NCBI GenBank assembly: GCA_024408505.1
Contig: JAKSUZ010000001.1
Span: 206-64,205, forward strand
From: Bacilli bacterium
GTDB taxonomy: Bacteria > Bacillota_I > Bacilli_A > RFN20 > CAG-826
DNA: 64,000 bases
Direction of reading: 5' to 3'
A program made the position numbers and the translations under genes. Positions 38,072-48,410 of the stretch are shown one piece after another; position 1 is the first letter of the stretch, and the number at the start of each line of letters is the position of its first letter. The notes beneath the pieces were generated by a model, which was given only the letters and a program-made list of their open reading frames with translations, was not told the origin of the DNA and made no database searches.

Positions 38072-38589
38072 AAAGCTTCTTTCCAATTATTAAGTTTACC
38101 ACATTTTCTTAAACGCGCGCGTATATGTTTATCAAAGATTCGGTTAATGCGAGTTGTAATGAACTCAATTTTAGTTAATGGTTCTAGTAATAAAGTTTTA
38201 ATTTTAAGAGCGTTTCCACAAGCGATGTCAGTTACTAATTGGTCCCCAATTATAAGGCAATCTTGCGGGTTAATGTGTAAATCGTTTAACTTTTTTCTTA
38301 AGACATGCGCAAAAGGCTTAAAAACACGAGTAATACATTCTATTTCAAGCGCACGCGCGTAGTTTTTAACGTGATTTGAGGTATTATTGCTAACAATAAT
38401 TGGTCGAATATTTAAATCTTTTAATTGTTTAATATAGTTCACCACTCTTTTGCTAGGGTTCTTAGTTTTATAAGTATCTAAAGTGTTATCTAAATCAAGT
38501 AATAAAACGTTTGTTTTAATTCTTAAAAAGAACATCGGATTTATTTCAAACAAATTATTTGCGTAATAGGTGGGTGTATAACGTTTCAT
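38068..38589 (-). CDS. yqeG: HAD-superfamily phosphatase YqeG
   Basis: LLLDLDNTLD HAD motif I. 173 aa. Leads the yqeG-yqeH-yhbY-nadD-yqeK-rsfS order as in Bacillus. Confidence 0.8.
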   Translation of the reverse strand: MKRYTPTYYANNLFEINPMFFLRIKTNVLLLDLDNTLDTYKTKNPSKRVVNYIKQLKDLNIRPIIVSNNTSNHVKNYARALEIECITRVFKPFAHVLRKKLNDLHINPQDCLIIGDQLVTDIACGNALKIKTLLLEPLTKIEFITTRINRIFDKHIRARLRKCGKLNNWKEAL

Positions 38590-41156
38590 TATTTATTGTC
38601 TTCATCAAACATTGAGATTTGAGTATATGTCTCATTTTTATCGCTAGTATCTTTAGCGGTGTTTTCTGGAATAGGTTTTGGCTTATAAGTTGATTTTAAC
38701 TTTGGATCAACATGTTCGCCATGTGAATAAAGACGTAATAAATGATCTTTTTTAATTACTGGTAGATTAGTCTTCGCGTACTTATCTAAAGGTGTCATAT
38801 AAAAATCAGTAATCTTTAGATTAAGTAGACCTTTTAATTGGGACAATGCGTATACATTAATAGATTCGCCAACATCAATTAATTTCTTAACGGCAATAAT
38901 CTTATGTGGATCACCTTTGAAGGTTGGCATAATCACTACTGGTTTAATTAAACGTTTAGTTAATGGAACATGCAAATTATCAATCATTCTTGAACAACCA
39001 TGATCAGTCATAATCATAACTTTAGTTTTCTCATCTTTCTTAAATGTTAACATCGCAGCTACATGAGTCTTATTTAATTTCACCGCTTTCACACCACCGG
39101 CTTTTGGTCCGATTGGAGTTAAGACATCTTCGTTATAGTAACTAGCTTCACCGTTTGCTAAGAAAAGTAAAATATTATCACTACCGGTTGAAGTAGCAAC
39201 ATCAACTAATTCATCGTTGGCGAGTAAGCGCATGGCGGTATATGTACGATTATATTTCGTAGTAACGAAATCTGACATTGATGTCCGTTTAATTTGTCCG
39301 TTCTTACTAACTAAGACAAAGAATAAATCTTTTCTAAAGGCTTTTACCGTAAAGGCTTTAATAATTTTTTCTTCTTGAGCGTTATAAGTAATCTTAATAC
39401 TTAAAGGTTTACCTTCGTCTTTCCATTTAGTTTCAGGAATTTGATGAACTGGAAGCACCACGAAGTTACCTTTATTAGTAAAGGCAATTAAGAAGTCTTC
39501 GGTGTTTGCTTGATGAGATAAAACTAGACAGTCGCCACCTTTAACACCAGGTAGACATTCTTCACTACTCATATAACTCTTTATGGAGCTACGTTTCACG
39601 TAGCCATCACGAGTCATCGCGACCATAACATCTTCTTTATTAATAAGATCACGTTGGTCAAACGCCTTATCTTCTTTATCAATGTGTTTAATAATCGTGC
39701 GACGTTCATCACCATACTTTTTCGCAATTTCTCTTAAGTCGTGTACTAGTTCTTTGTTAAGAACTTTGCGGTCACCTAAAATAGATTTTAAACGAGCAAT
39801 TTCGCTTTCTAATGTTTGTTTTTCTTCATTAAGAATATTTACATCCGTATGACTTAATTTATATAAAGGCATCATGACAATTGCTTCACTTTGCGCTTCA
39901 GTAAATTGATATTTTTCTTGAAGTTTAAGTTTAGCATCCGCCTTATCTTTACTAGCTCTAATTATTCTAATTACTTCGTCTAAATCTTTAATCGCTTTAA
40001 TTAATCCGATTACGATTTCTAATCTTGCTTTATTCTTTATTAAATCAAAATTAGAAACACGAGTAATTACGCTTACTTGATGTTCAATATAGCAGTCAAC
40101 ATAATCTAATATATTTAAAGTACGAGGGTGACCATTAACAATCGCTACAATGTTCGCGGTATAACCTGTGGTTAAACCGGTTTTACTCATTAAGAATTTT
40201 AAGATTGCATCTGGGTTAACGCCTTTACGACAATCGACCACAATCTTAAGACCGCGACGATCGCTTTCATCACGAACTTCTAAAATGCCTTCGATAATTT
40301 TCTTATGACGAATTTCGTCAATTTCGTGAACGATATTAATCTTTACCGCTTTATATGGGATTTCGGTAATGATGATTTTATTAACCTTGTCGTTTGTATT
40401 AATTTTCGCGCGGGCGGTGATTTCAATTCGACCGTGTCCAGTTAAATAAATATTCTTTAAGCCTTCGCTAGAAACAATAACACCGCCAGTCGGGAAATCT
40501 GGACCACGAACAAATTTCATTAAGTCTCTTGGTTCAGCGTTTTTGTGATAAATGCGATAAACAATTGCTTCAATCACTTCGTTTAAATTGTGAGGCGGGA
40601 TTTCGGTTGCTAAAGCAACAGCGATACCTTCTGCGCCATTAATATAAAGGTTAGGGAAGCGCGCTGGTAATACTACAGGTTCATATTCGGTATCATCATA
40701 GGTTAATGCTTTTTCTACTGCGTTCTTATTTAAGTCGCGCACTAATTCATCCGCTAAAGCAGAAAGTTTTGCTTCAGTATAACGATAAGCAGCTGGTTGG
40801 TCACCATCAATACTACCATTGTTACCTTGGAAGGTAATAAGTGGCATTCTGACTTTCCAATCTTGGCTCATTCTTGCTAATGCTTCATAAACACTAGTGT
40901 CACCATGTGGATGATATTTACCAATAACATCACCAACAATCTTCGCGCACTTACGCGTTTTAAATTGAGAAGTATTGTGGTTAGACCACATCGAATAAAT
41001 AATTCTTCTTTGAACTGGTTTTAAACCATCGCGAGCATCTGGAATCGCACGATCTTGAATTACGTATTTAGCATAAATACCATAACGATCGCCCATGACA
41101 TCGTCAAGCGGTTCAATTACAATATTTTCTTTTAATGATTTTACTTCGTCTGCCAT
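38589..41156 (-). CDS. parC: DNA topoisomerase IV subunit A (type II topoisomerase A subunit; ParC favoured over GyrA by context)
   Basis: Active-site region with the catalytic Tyr, QRRIIYSM motif. 855 aa. B-then-A order with no dnaA/dnaN nearby, and yneF/tkt in the neighbourhood as at the Bacillus parEC locus. Confidence 0.65.
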   Translation of the reverse strand: MADEVKSLKENIVIEPLDDVMGDRYGIYAKYVIQDRAIPDARDGLKPVQRRIIYSMWSNHNTSQFKTRKCAKIVGDVIGKYHPHGDTSVYEALARMSQDWKVRMPLITFQGNNGSIDGDQPAAYRYTEAKLSALADELVRDLNKNAVEKALTYDDTEYEPVVLPARFPNLYINGAEGIAVALATEIPPHNLNEVIEAIVYRIYHKNAEPRDLMKFVRGPDFPTGGVIVSSEGLKNIYLTGHGRIEITARAKINTNDKVNKIIITEIPYKAVKINIVHEIDEIRHKKIIEGILEVRDESDRRGLKIVVDCRKGVNPDAILKFLMSKTGLTTGYTANIVAIVNGHPRTLNILDYVDCYIEHQVSVITRVSNFDLIKNKARLEIVIGLIKAIKDLDEVIRIIRASKDKADAKLKLQEKYQFTEAQSEAIVMMPLYKLSHTDVNILNEEKQTLESEIARLKSILGDRKVLNKELVHDLREIAKKYGDERRTIIKHIDKEDKAFDQRDLINKEDVMVAMTRDGYVKRSSIKSYMSSEECLPGVKGGDCLVLSHQANTEDFLIAFTNKGNFVVLPVHQIPETKWKDEGKPLSIKITYNAQEEKIIKAFTVKAFRKDLFFVLVSKNGQIKRTSMSDFVTTKYNRTYTAMRLLANDELVDVATSTGSDNILLFLANGEASYYNEDVLTPIGPKAGGVKAVKLNKTHVAAMLTFKKDEKTKVMIMTDHGCSRMIDNLHVPLTKRLIKPVVIMPTFKGDPHKIIAVKKLIDVGESINVYALSQLKGLLNLKITDFYMTPLDKYAKTNLPVIKKDHLLRLYSHGEHVDPKLKSTYKPKPIPENTAKDTSDKNETYTQISMFDEDNK

Positions 41157-41157
41157 A

Positions 41158-43080
41158 TTACTTTAGCTCCTCGAAGTTGTCTTTTTCATTAAAGTCGACA
41201 TTTTCTTCAACCCATTTTCGACGTAATGAAGCATCCTTACCCATTAACACCGCAACGCGAGTCTCGACAAGTAATGGATCATCAATTCTAATTCTTACTA
41301 ACATTCTATGTTCAGGGTTCATGGTAGTTTCCCAAAGTTGAGATGCATCCATTTCACCTAAACCTTTGAATCGACTTATTTCATAACCACGGCCAATCTT
41401 AGCTTTCGCTTCTTCTAAATCGTTGTCACGCCAAGCATATTGTTCTTTGTTGTCTTTAAATACACGATAAAGAGGAGGGACTGCTACATAAACCATTCCG
41501 TTAGTGATTAGCGGTCTCATATAATGATAAAAGAACGTTAATAATAACGTTTGAATATGCGCGCCATCGGTATCAGCATCGGTCATAATAATAATCTTTC
41601 CGTATTTAGAATCACTGACATCAAACTCACTACCGATACCCGCACCAATCGTATTAATAATTGTTGCGAACTCTTCATTCTTAAGCATTCTATCCATGGT
41701 AATTGAATCGGTATTAAGCGGTTTACCTCTTAGAGGTAATATCGCTTGATGGAGTCGATCTCTACCTTTTCTAGCTGAACCACCAGCGGATTCACCTTCA
41801 ACAATAAATAATTCGTTTTTCTTATAGTCTTTAGATTGCGCAGGCGTTAACTTATCCGAGAGAATAACTTCTTTTCTCTGTTTCTTTCCACGTGCTTCAT
41901 CTTTAGCCTTACGAGCGGCAATTCGCGCGTTCTGGCTTTCAATACACTTATTGATAAGATTTACAGCGTACTCATTATTTTCGTTTAGGAAATAAGTTAA
42001 TTTCGTATAAATAAAGTTATTCACTAGCGCAGTTGCTTCTGGAGTTCCGAGTTTAGATTTAGTCTGACCTTCATATTGAATTAAGCTCTCAGGAACTTTC
42101 AAAGAAAGAATTGCGGTTAAGCCTTCACGGATATCTCCACCTTCAAGTTTCTTACTGTGTAATAAATCTTTTTGTTCGGCGAAATCATTAACCGCACGAG
42201 TGATACCTAATTTAAATCCAGTTTCATGAGTACCACCATCATGCGTACGAACATTATTTGCGTAGCTATAAATATTTTCGTTATAGTCATTCGCGCAATA
42301 TTGGAAAGCGACTTCCATTTTAATATCATTCGAAAAATCTTCGAAAGAAACAATTGGACCAATTGGCATCTTGTTTACATTAAGCGCAGAAACATATTCT
42401 TTTAAACCTTCGTTATACAAATAAGTTTCATTTAGATATGGAATAACGCGTTCATCTTTAACAACAAATTTAACTTTCTTTAACAAGAACGCGGATTCTT
42501 GTAAGTGACGAGTAATGGTTTCCCACTTAAAGTCGATGCTATTAAATATTTTCTTATCTGGTTTAAAGCGAACGGTTGTACCAGTTTTTCTTCCTGCATC
42601 GCCAATCACTTTTAGCGGTTCGGCTAATTTGCCACCCTTTTCATAACGAATGTGATAAATCTTACCATCACGCATAACGGTAACATCTAACCATTCACTT
42701 AAAGCATTCGTAACCGCTGCACCAACACCATGTAGACCACCCGCGTTTGAATAAACTTTATTAGAGAATTTACCACCAGCGTGTAACGTAGAGAAGATTA
42801 AATGAATCGCTGGAACTTTATATTTACTTTGAATTCCGCAAGGAATACCACGACCACGGTCTTCGACCGAAATCGAACCATCTTTATGAATCGTAACAGC
42901 GATAGTATCACCATATCCGTTTAGCGCTTCGTCTACACCATTATCAACAATTTCCCAAACGAGATGATGAAGACCACTGAGGTTAGTTGAACCAATATAC
43001 ATGGCCGGTCTTTTTCTAACCGCTTCTAAACCTTCGAGAACTTCAATATCGTCTGCGCCGTAACTTTTCACTGTCGCCAT
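41158..43080 (-). CDS. parE: DNA topoisomerase IV subunit B (type II topoisomerase ATPase subunit)
   Basis: GHKL ATPase N-terminus (LEGLEAVRKRPAMYIGST, GLHHLVWEIVDN), TOPRIM (EGESAGG), C-terminal tail. 640 aa. Confidence 0.65.
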   Translation of the reverse strand: MATVKSYGADDIEVLEGLEAVRKRPAMYIGSTNLSGLHHLVWEIVDNGVDEALNGYGDTIAVTIHKDGSISVEDRGRGIPCGIQSKYKVPAIHLIFSTLHAGGKFSNKVYSNAGGLHGVGAAVTNALSEWLDVTVMRDGKIYHIRYEKGGKLAEPLKVIGDAGRKTGTTVRFKPDKKIFNSIDFKWETITRHLQESAFLLKKVKFVVKDERVIPYLNETYLYNEGLKEYVSALNVNKMPIGPIVSFEDFSNDIKMEVAFQYCANDYNENIYSYANNVRTHDGGTHETGFKLGITRAVNDFAEQKDLLHSKKLEGGDIREGLTAILSLKVPESLIQYEGQTKSKLGTPEATALVNNFIYTKLTYFLNENNEYAVNLINKCIESQNARIAARKAKDEARGKKQRKEVILSDKLTPAQSKDYKKNELFIVEGESAGGSARKGRDRLHQAILPLRGKPLNTDSITMDRMLKNEEFATIINTIGAGIGSEFDVSDSKYGKIIIMTDADTDGAHIQTLLLTFFYHYMRPLITNGMVYVAVPPLYRVFKDNKEQYAWRDNDLEEAKAKIGRGYEISRFKGLGEMDASQLWETTMNPEHRMLVRIRIDDPLLVETRVAVLMGKDASLRRKWVEENVDFNEKDNFEELK

Positions 43081-43188
43081 AATACTTAAATATTTTAAGA
43101 AAAATTACGAAAAAAGTCAAAAAACTTTCATAAGCGCGCATTATTATATGCCTGCGACATATCCATATGCGTATATGCGCAAGGATTT

Positions 43189-43218
43189 CTAAACAAAAAG
43201 GTGGATTTTGTCCACCTT
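43189..43218 (-). terminator. Rho-independent terminator downstream of yneF (minus strand)
   Basis: On the minus strand aggtgga-caaaa-tccacct is followed by a T-run. Confidence 0.6.
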
Positions 43219-43241
43219 CTTGATTTTTACTTTTTAAATTG

Positions 43242-43457
43242 TTATTGACTGTTCTTCATGTTATTCATGACCGCACGAATTTGTGCTTCGCTTGGTTTAC
43301 GTCCCATCGACATAAACATCGCACGAATCATGTTTTCGTTAATTGGAGGATTCTTTTTAAGTTCGCGTCTAACTAGTTTACGGGTAATAACAAATCCTAG
43401 AATTAAGCCAGCAAAGAAACAAGCGATTGCGGTACCTACTATTGCCCCTGTACTCAT
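43242..43457 (-). CDS. yneF: UPF0154/YneF family small membrane protein
   Basis: 71 aa. N-terminal TM IVGTAIACFFAGLILGFVI followed by RKLVRRELKKNPPINENMIRAMF...SEAQIRAVM, the YneF pattern. Confidence 0.8.
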   Translation of the reverse strand: MSTGAIVGTAIACFFAGLILGFVITRKLVRRELKKNPPINENMIRAMFMSMGRKPSEAQIRAVMNNMKNSQ

Positions 43458-43466
43458 ATTTTCTCC

Positions 43467-44030
43467 TTAGCCGTTCGCGCGACCATCATAGTCGCCGGTG
43501 TCGGTTCTTACTAATATGGTTTCACCATTATCGATAAATAAGGGAACTTTTACTTCATAACCGGTTTCAAGTTTTGCATTCTTCATTGCGCTCTTAACGG
43601 TATCACCACGAACCGCTGGTTCACAATCAACAATCTTTAGTGCAACTTTAATCGGTAACGAAATACCAAGAATTTCGTCATTATATCTCACGATATCAAT
43701 TTCGGTGTTCGCCACCAAGAAATTCATTTCCCATTTAAGGCGATCTTTGGAAATTTCTACTTGTTCGTAACTAGTTTGATTCATGAAACATAAAGTCGAT
43801 CCGCTATCATATAGATAGACCATCTTTTCTTTGTCTAAACGAACAACATCAACCATGTAACCAGAGTTACGAGAAAGTTCAACAATCGCACCGGTTTTAA
43901 CATTTTTAACTTTAAGCTTAGCGACCATCTTTCTCATCGCAGTTTTATTTAATAAAATATCCATGACTAAAAACAATTGATTTTCATCTTTAAAGTAATT
44001 GCCAGGACGTAATTCAGTAACATTTACCAT
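43467..44030 (-). CDS. efp: Elongation factor P
   Basis: 187 aa with three OB/KOW-like domains. Conserved modification-loop region KVKNVKTGAIVE. Confidence 0.9.
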   Translation of the reverse strand: MVNVTELRPGNYFKDENQLFLVMDILLNKTAMRKMVAKLKVKNVKTGAIVELSRNSGYMVDVVRLDKEKMVYLYDSGSTLCFMNQTSYEQVEISKDRLKWEMNFLVANTEIDIVRYNDEILGISLPIKVALKIVDCEPAVRGDTVKSAMKNAKLETGYEVKVPLFIDNGETILVRTDTGDYDGRANG

Positions 44031-44070
44031 ACTCTTCTCCTTTTATATGTGCTTTTCTATTATACACAAA

Positions 44071-44697
44071 TTAATTTAAGTATTCTTGTTTTAAAAAACG
44101 ATATTCGCATGACAATGTAGTTTTACTGCCATGTCCAGGATAAACAATAGTGTCGTTATCCTCAGTATGTGGTAACTTAAATAATTTATTTAAAGATGCG
44201 GAAATTAAACGAGGTGTGCTGGTTGGTAAATCATAGCGGCCAATCGCATGAAGAAATAAGGTATCTCCAGTAAAAACTACCCCACTATCTTTTAGATAAA
44301 AACACACGCTTCCGCTTGTGTGAAACGGGGTATGAATAACTTCAAAGTCAACTCCGATTAAGCTTAGTTTGCCTTCATTAAAAGTTATTACTTTTACATC
44401 ATCTATTTCAAATGGATTTGGCGACATAACTGAGCAATTATAACGATCGTTATTTAATGATTTTTCTTCGCCCTCATACACATAAACCGGAATATTTTTA
44501 ATGGTTCTGAGCGCTTCGATGTGATCATAATGAGCATGTGTTAATAAAATCGCTTTCAAGGTTAAATGGCGATCATTAATTGCCTTTAAAAGGCAATTAT
44601 CGTGATTAAAACCCGGGTCAATCACGACACATTCGTTATTATTGCTGATAAGGTAAGTATTACAGTTGTGATTAAAATAAAGGAGTTCAATTTTCAT
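44071..44697 (-). CDS. MBL-fold metallo-hydrolase (glyoxalase II-like)
   Basis: THAHYDH metal-binding motif plus downstream H and D ligands. 208 aa. Confidence 0.8.
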   Translation of the reverse strand: MKIELLYFNHNCNTYLISNNNECVVIDPGFNHDNCLLKAINDRHLTLKAILLTHAHYDHIEALRTIKNIPVYVYEGEEKSLNNDRYNCSVMSPNPFEIDDVKVITFNEGKLSLIGVDFEVIHTPFHTSGSVCFYLKDSGVVFTGDTLFLHAIGRYDLPTSTPRLISASLNKLFKLPHTEDNDTIVYPGHGSKTTLSCEYRFLKQEYLN

Positions 44698-44716
44698 ACC
44701 TTATATTATATATAGG

Positions 44717-44869
44717 TTACTTCTTTTCTTTGTGAACAGTCTCTTTCTTGCAACGTGGACAGTATTTCTTTTTTTCAATACGTTCCGGTTGCTTTCTTTT
44801 GTTCTTGGTTGTGATATAGTTTTCTTCACCACAAACGGTGCATTTTAATGTAATGTTTTCGCGAGCCAT
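44717..44869 (-). CDS. rpmG: 50S ribosomal protein L33 (not in the ORF track; 50 aa)
   Basis: Minus-strand translation [50 protein letters not shown]. CxxC...CxxC zinc ribbon. SD aGAGGAatagatt ATG. Confidence 0.88.
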   Translation of the reverse strand: MARENITLKCTVCGEENYITTKNKRKQPERIEKKKYCPRCKKETVHKEKK

Positions 44870-45043
44870 AATCTATTCCTCTTTTTAACTCTAGGAAATA
44901 TCATAACACTTCTATTAAATTGTTGCTATATCATTTCATTTATGAAATAATATAAAAGTTATGTTAAGGATAACAATTTAGCGTTATGGCTAGGGGCGAG
45001 TGCCCCTTTTTTGTTGTTATTTTTAATAAGGAGGATAGCATAT

Positions 45044-46471
45044 ATGAACAAATTCCTTAAACTAGCTGTTGTTCCTATTGCGTTTTTAATTGCTGGTAAC
45101 ACGACTAGTTGTACAGTGTCTCCAAAGGAGATTGCTCTTATTACTGATGTTGGTGATATCAATGATGGTAGTTTTAACCAAGAATCTTGGGAAGCGGTTA
45201 AAGAATATGCAACCGATAATCATAAGTCCTATGACTTCTATCGTCCATTTAATGATAGTTCCTTTGCTCAAAGTTGTTCGATTAAACAAGCAATCGCAAA
45301 AGGCGCAAAGATGATCGTTCTACCTGGTTTTAAATTTGCAGGTACTTGTGCTACCGAAAGTAGAAAATATCCGGATGTTCACTTTTTATTAATCGATAGC
45401 ACTACTGTTCCTAACGAAGAGGTGGTTAGTGCCGACAATTTACCAGAAAACGTTTGCTGCGTCGGTTTTAAATGTGGATATTCAGGTTTTGCCGCTGGTT
45501 ATGCGACCGCTACTGATTTATTAACTCGTGATTGGGACGAAAATCAGAAGCTCTTAGATACCTACGGGTATGGATATTGTGGCGGAATGCCTACTCCAGG
45601 AGTTTTTGAATTTGGTTTTGGATTCATTCAAGGTATTTGTAGAGCGACTGCTGATTTTTGCCAAAGCAAGAACATACCTTTAGAAAAGGAAAAAGTTCCA
45701 CAACTGAATATTAATTATTACTACGCTAATACTTTTGCTCAAGATGATAATGCTGCAGCAGCAATGAAAGGTTGGCTAGCTAGCGATAAAGATATTAAAG
45801 TAATTTTTCCATGTGGCGGTAAATTATATCAATCTGCTGAGGAAGCCGTGCAATATTATAATAGCCATCAAACTTCGTTTAACTATAACGACTGGTTAAG
45901 TTCAACATCTGGAAGCGCTCCTCGACAAGCTGCACGTTGGATTGGTGTTGATTCTGATCAATATCGTGGTCTTAAATATGAATATGAAAAGAAAACCATC
46001 TACACAAGTGCTTTGAAAGGTTTAAAGAAGGCTATTCAACACACACTTAATCTTCATTTTGAAGATAGATGGCAATGCATCGGTGGCTATCATAAACCTG
46101 GCCCTGTTGAACCACAACGTGGAGAATTTGCTGAAAACGGTCAATGGATTCTTGGTCTAAATTCAATTCTCGGCGAATATCCAATTGGAATTAAAATTGA
46201 AGCGGATACTTTTGTAGGTATTCCAGAGGAATCCAATGAAACCACTGGAGTCTTAAGAGGATTTGAAAAATATACAATTAATAACTATAAAGAACTTATT
46301 AATAAATTGAGCGATAAAGACAATCCGATTCCGGTTTATGACCGCAATGGGACAGAATTCGGTGCTGAGCAAGGTGACCCTACCGATATGGTTGATTGGG
46401 ACAATGGTCACTTCCGTGAAACTTATTTAGGTAATTACCCTAAAGAAAAGATTTACATTGATGTTATTTAA
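45044..46471 (+). CDS. BMP-family (PnrA-like) ABC transporter substrate-binding lipoprotein, probably nucleoside-binding
   Basis: SD AAGGAGG 9 nt upstream of ATG 45044. Signal peptide with lipobox (LIAGNTTSC). BMP-fold motifs (ITDVGDINDGSFNQ). The track's TTG at 45011 is rejected. Confidence 0.85.
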   Translation: MNKFLKLAVVPIAFLIAGNTTSCTVSPKEIALITDVGDINDGSFNQESWEAVKEYATDNHKSYDFYRPFNDSSFAQSCSIKQAIAKGAKMIVLPGFKFAGTCATESRKYPDVHFLLIDSTTVPNEEVVSADNLPENVCCVGFKCGYSGFAAGYATATDLLTRDWDENQKLLDTYGYGYCGGMPTPGVFEFGFGFIQGICRATADFCQSKNIPLEKEKVPQLNINYYYANTFAQDDNAAAAMKGWLASDKDIKVIFPCGGKLYQSAEEAVQYYNSHQTSFNYNDWLSSTSGSAPRQAARWIGVDSDQYRGLKYEYEKKTIYTSALKGLKKAIQHTLNLHFEDRWQCIGGYHKPGPVEPQRGEFAENGQWILGLNSILGEYPIGIKIEADTFVGIPEESNETTGVLRGFEKYTINNYKELINKLSDKDNPIPVYDRNGTEFGAEQGDPTDMVDWDNGHFRETYLGNYPKEKIYIDVI

Positions 46472-46485
46472 TAGGAGGGCTAAAT

Positions 46486-48408
46486 ATGGAAAATAATAAT
46501 TACGCAATTGAGATGCTAAATATTACCAAAAAGTTTGGTCCTCTTTATGCAAATAAAAATGTTACTTTAAAAATTAAAAAAGGTGAGATCCATGCGCTTC
46601 TTGGTGAAAACGGCGCTGGTAAATCTACTATTATGTCGATACTCTTTGGTCTATATTCTCCTGACGAAGGAAAGATTAGAGTAAATGGTAAAGAGGTTGT
46701 GATTAAAGATCCTAATGTTGCTAACGATTTAAAAATCGGCATGGTCCACCAACACTTTAAATTAGTGGAATGTTACACATTACTTGAGAATATAATTCTC
46801 GGAAAAGAAATCGCCAAAAATCACTTTGTGGAAGATACCGAGAAAAAAGAACATGCAGTGATGACTCGCTTATATATAATTGAAGGATTGGTTCGTTTCT
46901 TAAGATTAAGAAAAGAATTGACTGACGTTTTAAAGACCGCAATTAGTGATAACGATTTAAGATATATCTTAGGACATGATTATCATTTTACTCAATCACA
47001 AACAAACGCAATTTTGGAATTGCCAATTTCCGAGTTGAACGATTTTAAAGAAAAGGAATTGTTGAGCGAAGCTAAAACTTTGCGCGACCAATTTATTGAA
47101 TTAAATGGAAAGAAATCTAATGCATTCAGCAAAGCTGTTCGTGCAACTAAATATGGGTTCGCTCGTTTTGCGGATTGGTGGAACAAAACGTTTTATAACG
47201 TTGATTTAAATAAAGCCGCTTATGATATTACCGAAATTTCTCGTAAGTATGGTTTATCGGTTGATTTAAATTGTGTTACTGAAGACGCGACTGTTGGTAT
47301 GCAACAAAGAACCGAAATTCTAAAAATGCTTTATCGTAATGCAGATATTCTCATCTTTGATGAACCAACTGCTGTTCTTTCACCTCAAGAAATTGAAGGC
47401 TTACTTTTGATTATGAAAAACTTAAAGCGCGAAGGAAAGACCATTATTTTCATTACTCATAAACTTAATGAAATTAAAGCAGTAGCTGATCGCGTTACAG
47501 TTCTTAGAAGAGGAGAAACCATAGGTACCTATGATGTTAAAAAGACTTCGGTTACTAAATTATCTGATTTAATGGTCGGTCGACATGTCGCCACCACTCT
47601 TAATAAAAGTAAAAAGAAACCAGGTAAGGCTATGCTTAAGATTCGTAATCTTACCATGTTTGATAATCGCAAGAAAAAGAATGTTGTTAGTAGAGTTAAC
47701 TTCGATGTTCATGCTGGTGAAATCGTTTCGATTGCAGGTATTGATGGAAACGGTCAGACTGAATTAATTTATGGAATCACTGGTTTAGAAAAACAAACCT
47801 CAGGTGAAGTTAAATTTGAAGATACTGTTTTAAAACAGAAAGACATTAAATCAAGAAATGCTTTAGGGTTATCACATATTCCTGAAGATCGACATAAACA
47901 TGGTTTAGTTTTAGACTACGATTTAAAACAAAACTTAGTTCTTAGAGATTTTAAGGATCCCCGCTTTCAGCGTTTTGGTTTTATTAATAGTAAAAACATT
48001 AGAGATAACGCTAATAAATTAATTAAGGAACACGATATCCGTTCATCTGACGGCGCAAATAGTAGCGCTCGTGGAATGAGCGGTGGCAATCAACAAAAAG
48101 CTATCATAGCTCGTGAAATCGCACGAAAACCAAAAGTTCTTGTTGCGGTTCAACCGACTCGCGGTGTTGATGTGGGTGCAATTCAAAATATTCATTCGCG
48201 TTTGTTAGAAGAAAAGGAAAGAGGTACCGCCATTTTATTAGTTTCGTACGAACTAGACGAAGTCTTTGCATTAAGTGACCGTATCCTTGTTATGTATGAA
48301 GGCGAAATAGTTGGCGAATTTAAACCAAAAGACGTTACCCGCCAAGAACTTGGCTTATATATGTCAGGCGCGAAACGAAATTATCATTTTGTAGAGGGAG
48401 GTAAGTAA
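46486..48408 (+). CDS. ABC transporter ATP-binding protein with duplicated NBDs and a large insertion in NBD1
   Basis: Two Walker A/B sets (GENGAGKST...ILIFDEPT and the second GIDGNGQTE...LSGGNQQK...LLVSYELDE). About 130 extra residues lie between the Q-loop and the signature of NBD1. Confidence 0.88.
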   Translation: MENNNYAIEMLNITKKFGPLYANKNVTLKIKKGEIHALLGENGAGKSTIMSILFGLYSPDEGKIRVNGKEVVIKDPNVANDLKIGMVHQHFKLVECYTLLENIILGKEIAKNHFVEDTEKKEHAVMTRLYIIEGLVRFLRLRKELTDVLKTAISDNDLRYILGHDYHFTQSQTNAILELPISELNDFKEKELLSEAKTLRDQFIELNGKKSNAFSKAVRATKYGFARFADWWNKTFYNVDLNKAAYDITEISRKYGLSVDLNCVTEDATVGMQQRTEILKMLYRNADILIFDEPTAVLSPQEIEGLLLIMKNLKREGKTIIFITHKLNEIKAVADRVTVLRRGETIGTYDVKKTSVTKLSDLMVGRHVATTLNKSKKKPGKAMLKIRNLTMFDNRKKKNVVSRVNFDVHAGEIVSIAGIDGNGQTELIYGITGLEKQTSGEVKFEDTVLKQKDIKSRNALGLSHIPEDRHKHGLVLDYDLKQNLVLRDFKDPRFQRFGFINSKNIRDNANKLIKEHDIRSSDGANSSARGMSGGNQQKAIIAREIARKPKVLVAVQPTRGVDVGAIQNIHSRLLEEKERGTAILLVSYELDEVFALSDRILVMYEGEIVGEFKPKDVTRQELGLYMSGAKRNYHFVEGGK

Positions 48409-48410
48409 TT

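Noticed and set aside
41135-41341. 68-aa plus-strand ORF across the parC/parE junction
   Set aside because: It is antisense to the parE 3' end and parC 5' end, Ser-rich low complexity, with no SD.
43130-43185. AT/GC-alternating imperfect palindromes (gcgcgcattattatatgc...catatgcgtatatgcgca) upstream of parE as an operator
   Set aside because: The symmetry is weak and nothing anchors a regulator. It probably just overlaps the parE promoter.
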